Position numbers and translations under genes: made by a program
Source: Candidatus Bathyarchaeia archaeon
GTDB taxonomy: Archaea; Thermoproteota; Bathyarchaeia; Bathyarchaeales; Bathycorpusculaceae
Reading direction: 5' to 3'
NCBI GenBank assembly: GCA_050012255.1
Contig: JBEKHN010000001.1
Coordinates: 320,001-384,000 of the forward strand
Length of the DNA: 64,000 nt
Notes under the pieces: model-generated
Told to the model about the DNA's origin: nothing
The model's database searches: none
The model's input: only the letters and a program-made list of their open reading frames with translations
Shown here: positions 60,020 through 64,000 of the stretch, piece after piece
Numbering within the stretch: the stretch's first letter is position 1
Layout of the letters: every line of letters starts with the position of its first letter

Positions 60020-60876
60020 TCCGAATCAGGACAGACAATCGGAAACTCACCATGACAGGCCCTAAGGTCGCAGGTAGCCTGCTTCTCATTCTTGGGATTG
60101 TTCTCCTCGGCCTCTCAATAGGCTACTCGGCCTCTATCCCAGCATTCGCAGGCCTAGGCCTCATCTTTTGGGGCATAATCCTCATCTACATACAAACCGA
60201 GGACTACGCAAAGAGCACGGTGCTAGACGCAACCGCTAAGTCACTTCTTACAAGCCTAAATCAGACGCTGGAAGAACTCGACTACAGAGGCAAGGCCGTA
60301 TACCTGCCACCAAAATACCTCAACGATCCAGAAGCCACAAAAATCTACCTGCCTAAGCAACCAGGCATCAGGCTTCCTCCGCCAGATCAAACGCAAAAAC
60401 TCGAAAGACAAACGTCACAAAGAAACCCCCAAGGAATGCTCATCGTGCCTCCGGGAGCAGACCTCACGAAGCTCTTTGAAGAAGCCCTGGGCGCGAAGCT
60501 CATAGGAAAGACGCTCAAAGATCTCGAAGAAAACATGCCAAAACTGCTTATCGAAGACCTAGAACTTGCCACAGAATTCACAATCCAAACCCCAGCAGAA
60601 ATCAGCCCACAAGAAACAGGAAAAACAGAGGGTGCCGACCAGAAGAATCATGACACGATACATGTCAGAATTACCACAGACCTCTATCCTACGACGCGTA
60701 AGCAAGCCCAGCAACAACTCATGATGCACGGTAACATCGGCTGCCCAGTCACAAGCGCGATAGCGTGCACCCTGGCAAAAGCAACAGGCAAACCAGTAGT
60801 CATTGAAAACCAGCAAACCACCAAAGATGGCAAGACAACAGAAACAGAATACCGAATCCTAGAAGATGAGACATGA
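60016..60876 (+). CDS. Conserved archaeal membrane protein with GCP..SAIAC.LAK.TGKPV C-terminal motif
   Basis: 2 N-terminal TM segments; overlaps the sortase stop codon (ATGA). Confidence 0.7.
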   Translation: MIRIRTDNRKLTMTGPKVAGSLLLILGIVLLGLSIGYSASIPAFAGLGLIFWGIILIYIQTEDYAKSTVLDATAKSLLTSLNQTLEELDYRGKAVYLPPKYLNDPEATKIYLPKQPGIRLPPPDQTQKLERQTSQRNPQGMLIVPPGADLTKLFEEALGAKLIGKTLKDLEENMPKLLIEDLELATEFTIQTPAEISPQETGKTEGADQKNHDTIHVRITTDLYPTTRKQAQQQLMMHGNIGCPVTSAIACTLAKATGKPVVIENQQTTKDGKTTETEYRILEDET

Positions 60877-61088
60877 TGGCTTTTCCATTAGGCTTATGGG
60901 ACATAAGCCTGCTTCTTGCCGTAGCAGCAATTATTCTCCTTATCACCTCAGAACTGCTCTCCCCTTACTATGGAACAGCAAACCTGAAAATCAGCAGAAA
61001 AAGACTAAGAAACTCGGCCCTGGCAACCTCAATACTCTTTCTCGTCACAGTAGCAATCAGAATAGCCAGCATAATCCTCGGTTTCTGA
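60873..61088 (+). CDS. Small 2-TM membrane protein
   Basis: ATGA coupling with the upstream gene; ELLSPYYG motif between two helices. Confidence 0.7.
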   Translation: MMAFPLGLWDISLLLAVAAIILLITSELLSPYYGTANLKISRKRLRNSALATSILFLVTVAIRIASIILGF

Positions 61089-61214
61089 ATTAGTATGACC
61101 CGCGAACTAGCAGAACGCAAGGAAAACTGGAGAAATCCTCTATAACAAAAAACCTTATACACTTATAAACTCCAAACATTGTCGATACGTATTAAAAGAA
61201 AGGAGAAGGAAAGT

Positions 61215-61946
61215 ATGAATAAGAAAATCTTGCTCATAGCATTGCTTCTAGTCTTAGCTTCGCCAATGGTAGCTTTTGCAGCACAGGACCAGATCAGAGT
61301 CATTCCTGTAGGCAGTTCCGATACAGGAATGGCAAGAATCACAACAAGCTCCGCAAGCCTTGAGATCTTCGTGACGAGCAGCAACAAGAACAAAACCAAT
61401 GTCTGGTTATTCATTGCATTAGACGACGCTACCTACAACGGCCTGACAAGCATCACCCTATCAGGAACACAAGGCCCGGCAACTTTAACCAAGAGCAGCT
61501 TCACAAGCATCGCCCTCTCAGGCGGAGGAAAGGTTCCACTAACAAACGATGGCAACTACACTGGCGACGGACACACTTACCCAGGATGCGCTGACAACGC
61601 GCGCTGGACCGTTAGCGCGATTATTTCGCAGATGCAACAAGTCTACAGCGCAGCTAACTCCATACACTACGGCCTCGTGTACGGTTTTGACAAGATCACA
61701 ACAGTGCCACAGGCTTTCACCGTCACAGTCAACGCGCCACACATCAATGTTCTGGTACTTGCTCAAGGACTATCCGAAGGCGCAACCACTGCCAGCACAA
61801 TAACAACGCTAACAGTGATTCCTCTCGACAGCAACAGCCCATTCAGCGGCAGCACGCTCGTGGTTCCAGAAGTTGGCACGATCCTTGCGGCCATAGCGTC
61901 CCTTGGCGCGTTCGGACTGTACATATCCAAGCGTCGGAAAAAGTGA
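61215..61946 (+). CDS. Surface protein with VPE-CTERM sorting signal
   Basis: Signal peptide MNKKILL..AFA; C-terminal VVPEVG+TM+KRRKK. Confidence 0.8.
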   Translation: MNKKILLIALLLVLASPMVAFAAQDQIRVIPVGSSDTGMARITTSSASLEIFVTSSNKNKTNVWLFIALDDATYNGLTSITLSGTQGPATLTKSSFTSIALSGGGKVPLTNDGNYTGDGHTYPGCADNARWTVSAIISQMQQVYSAANSIHYGLVYGFDKITTVPQAFTVTVNAPHINVLVLAQGLSEGATTASTITTLTVIPLDSNSPFSGSTLVVPEVGTILAAIASLGAFGLYISKRRKK

Positions 61947-61993
61947 AGCACAGGCTACTATGCATTAAAGGGTAAATAAGACTGAAGCAGCTC

Positions 61994-62011
61994 GGCGCAC
62001 GCAAGTGCGCC
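61994..62011 (+). other. GNRA-tetraloop hairpin GGCGCAC-GCAA-GTGCGCC downstream of the VPE-CTERM gene
   Basis: Perfect 7-bp stem; function (mRNA stabiliser or terminator) unknown. Confidence 0.5.
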
Positions 62012-62073
62012 AAACGAGCCTATTTCTCAATAGCTTATATTGAACTTTTGGTGAAGATATACTTCTGGGGAAA

Positions 62074-62712
62074 GTGCTATTGGTACAAGAATCTGCACAG
62101 CAGAGATTGGTAGAAGCAATCCTCCAAATTACCAAAGAAAAAAAACCAGCAACCGTAAACCAACTCGTCGAACAAGCACAGACGCAGATCCCTTCTGCCT
62201 CTCAGAAGGGGATCCTTGAGACAGTAATCAGCCTCCATGAAGAAGGCAAGTCAAGAATCAACGCGCAACTGCTGCCTTACCCGAAAACGTCATCTTATTT
62301 CAAAAGCAACAAAGCCCTTTGGTTTTGGATCACGCTTGCGGCAACCGCGGCAGCAATCATCAGCGCCTTCACGATACCCGAAGACGCTTACCCTCTTGTT
62401 GTCATCCGCTACTTTTTCGGTGCGCTGCTAGTACTGTGGCTTCCGGGCTATGCATTCATCAAAGCACTATTCCCTTTAACTCTTCCCATCAAGGCCTCCG
62501 AAAAAACCCTTGACAATATAGAACGAGCAGCACTCAGCGCAGGCATGAGCCTCGCTCTCGTGCCAATCATTGGACTTCTCCTCAACTATACGCCATGGGG
62601 AATACGCCTCACTCCAGTGACTCTAAGCTTAGCTGTACTAACGCTTGCATTCGCAGTTGCGGGTTTGGTGAGAGAAGAACGCGCTCAGAAACCAGCGACA
62701 GACGTACACTGA
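62074..62712 (+). CDS. DUF1616-like membrane domain with N-terminal wHTH-like segment
   Basis: LPGYA...LFP, IER.ALS.G.SLA.VP..GL.LNYTPWGI. Confidence 0.8.
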   Translation: MLLVQESAQQRLVEAILQITKEKKPATVNQLVEQAQTQIPSASQKGILETVISLHEEGKSRINAQLLPYPKTSSYFKSNKALWFWITLAATAAAIISAFTIPEDAYPLVVIRYFFGALLVLWLPGYAFIKALFPLTLPIKASEKTLDNIERAALSAGMSLALVPIIGLLLNYTPWGIRLTPVTLSLAVLTLAFAVAGLVREERAQKPATDVH

Positions 62713-62991
62713 CAGTAGACACTGCACGCGCGCCTGAAATGGAGAAAACCACCAGATAAACCTATTTTTCGCGTCTGAAGGCAGCGCGACACTAGCTTCT
62801 TTTTTCCATGCCTACCCCTGGACAGCGTGAGCGCTAAACCCAAATTGCGCGCTCTAAACGGTTGCTTGTCAGCTCTTGGCTTATTCCTTTGTTAGCTGAA
62901 GTAGAAGGAAGTTCTATAGAAAACCTATAGTATAGTCATTCATATGTCTTTATAAAAGCGGTCAGTCCTCACCTTATTTGGTTGTGATAAA

Positions 62992-63618
62992 ATGCGGAAG
63001 CTAATTTCACTAAGCATAGTTGCCTTGGTTGTTCTAACACTCTCCATGACAATTTCAACCGTCAAAGCAGAAACAGCAGGATCCAGCCCAACAACCCTGA
63101 ATACGACAAACTTGCTTCTTGTTTCATGTGACAAGAACGGAAACAAGAAAGACGTTTTCCAACTAAATGAAAACGTATACGTCAAAGGCGGCTACTTCAT
63201 CTTCGCACAGTCCAACGGATTGGTGGACATCTACGTTGTAGCGAATGGTGTAATACGGGGCGAACCCGTCCCAGCTAGTAGCATAGTATCCAGCGCGATA
63301 GCCGTACAGCTCAGCGGAAAATCATTGCCCGTAACGAAGATTTGGGATGCCCCTCTGAAGAAGGGAAAATACGACGTATGGGTTGACGTGAACCGAAACG
63401 GCAAGCTGGACTCGAAAGATGCATACTTCTATCTTGGAATCGAAAGTTTCACAGAATCGTCTTATCAAGTTTCCTGCGGACCCATCATATGTGACACGTC
63501 TCTCTTCACGGTCGTACCCGAAAGCTACATGGGTGTCGCAGGCACAATTGCGGCAATGATAGGCGCACTGGCAATCTTCAGATTAAAGGCTCCTAACATC
63601 TCAAAGAAGCATATTTGA
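62992..63618 (+). CDS. Surface protein with VPE-CTERM sorting signal
   Basis: Signal peptide, G.YD.WVD.N.NG..D motif, C-terminal VVPESYMG+TM+basic tail. Confidence 0.8.
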   Translation: MRKLISLSIVALVVLTLSMTISTVKAETAGSSPTTLNTTNLLLVSCDKNGNKKDVFQLNENVYVKGGYFIFAQSNGLVDIYVVANGVIRGEPVPASSIVSSAIAVQLSGKSLPVTKIWDAPLKKGKYDVWVDVNRNGKLDSKDAYFYLGIESFTESSYQVSCGPIICDTSLFTVVPESYMGVAGTIAAMIGALAIFRLKAPNISKKHI

Positions 63619-63879
63619 CGGAAAAAGATCGAGCAGACTTGCGAAGCTAAGTCCACACCATTACTGTTCTTTTGGAGAATTCTTCAGTACGTGCTGTTGC
63701 CTGGTATAGCACGCGAAGCTTAACTGCACTTACCCTAGTATTGGCAACGGTAGCGTTCATAAGAGAAAATCGGGCCCGAAGACCACAATCGACCAAGAAC
63801 CTACGGCAAATGCTGATTCCAAATTCATAAATTCCTTAACTAGGCCTCCACGTTCATCCTTTTGGAAGCAGTCGATAAA

Positions 63880-64000
63880 TTGCCAAAACGAAAACTTGCC
63901 TTTGTGTTTCTGCCTGCCATCTTATTCCTATGGATAATCGGCTGGACTCTGTTTTGTGTCGGCAAGAAAACGATGAACAGACAGACCACGTCGCCGGACC
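63880..64000 (+). CDS. Small membrane protein, 3' end outside window
   Basis: TTG-PKRKLAFVFLPAILFLWIIGWTLFCVG... Confidence 0.45.
   Translation, partial: MPKRKLAFVFLPAILFLWIIGWTLFCVGKKTMNRQTTSPD

Overview
This is an archaeal cell-envelope and glycosylation island, most likely from Ca. Bathyarchaeia. That assignment is inferred from gene content: DUF1616 proteins, a fused exosortase/archaeosortase, VPE/PEF-CTERM surface proteins, a type-I GGPP synthase, GAGGTG RBSs and many TTG/GTG starts. It encodes glycosyltransferases, a flippase, sugar-nucleotide modifying enzymes, three CapK/PaaK-like ligases, large secreted modular proteins, an isoprenoid-tailoring cluster, and a sortase with three candidate substrates. 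I found no rRNA, tRNA, CRISPR array, transposase or integrase. The most striking feature is not a gene. A palindromic motif, consensus TAGCRCGYGCTA, occurs dozens of times: the exact 12-mer TAGCGCGCGCTA four times and the identical 16-mer GGTAGCGCGCGCTAAA three times. It sits at the breakpoints of truncated genes, captured operon pieces and duplicated segments, and at domain junctions of a chimeric surface protein. A 153-bp MITE-like element with CATG-initiated inverted repeats lies inside one copy with an apparent CGCG duplication. Together these suggest a motif-directed DNA shuffling system that builds and diversifies the locus. The mechanism is inference, and the catalytic enzyme is not visible in this window.
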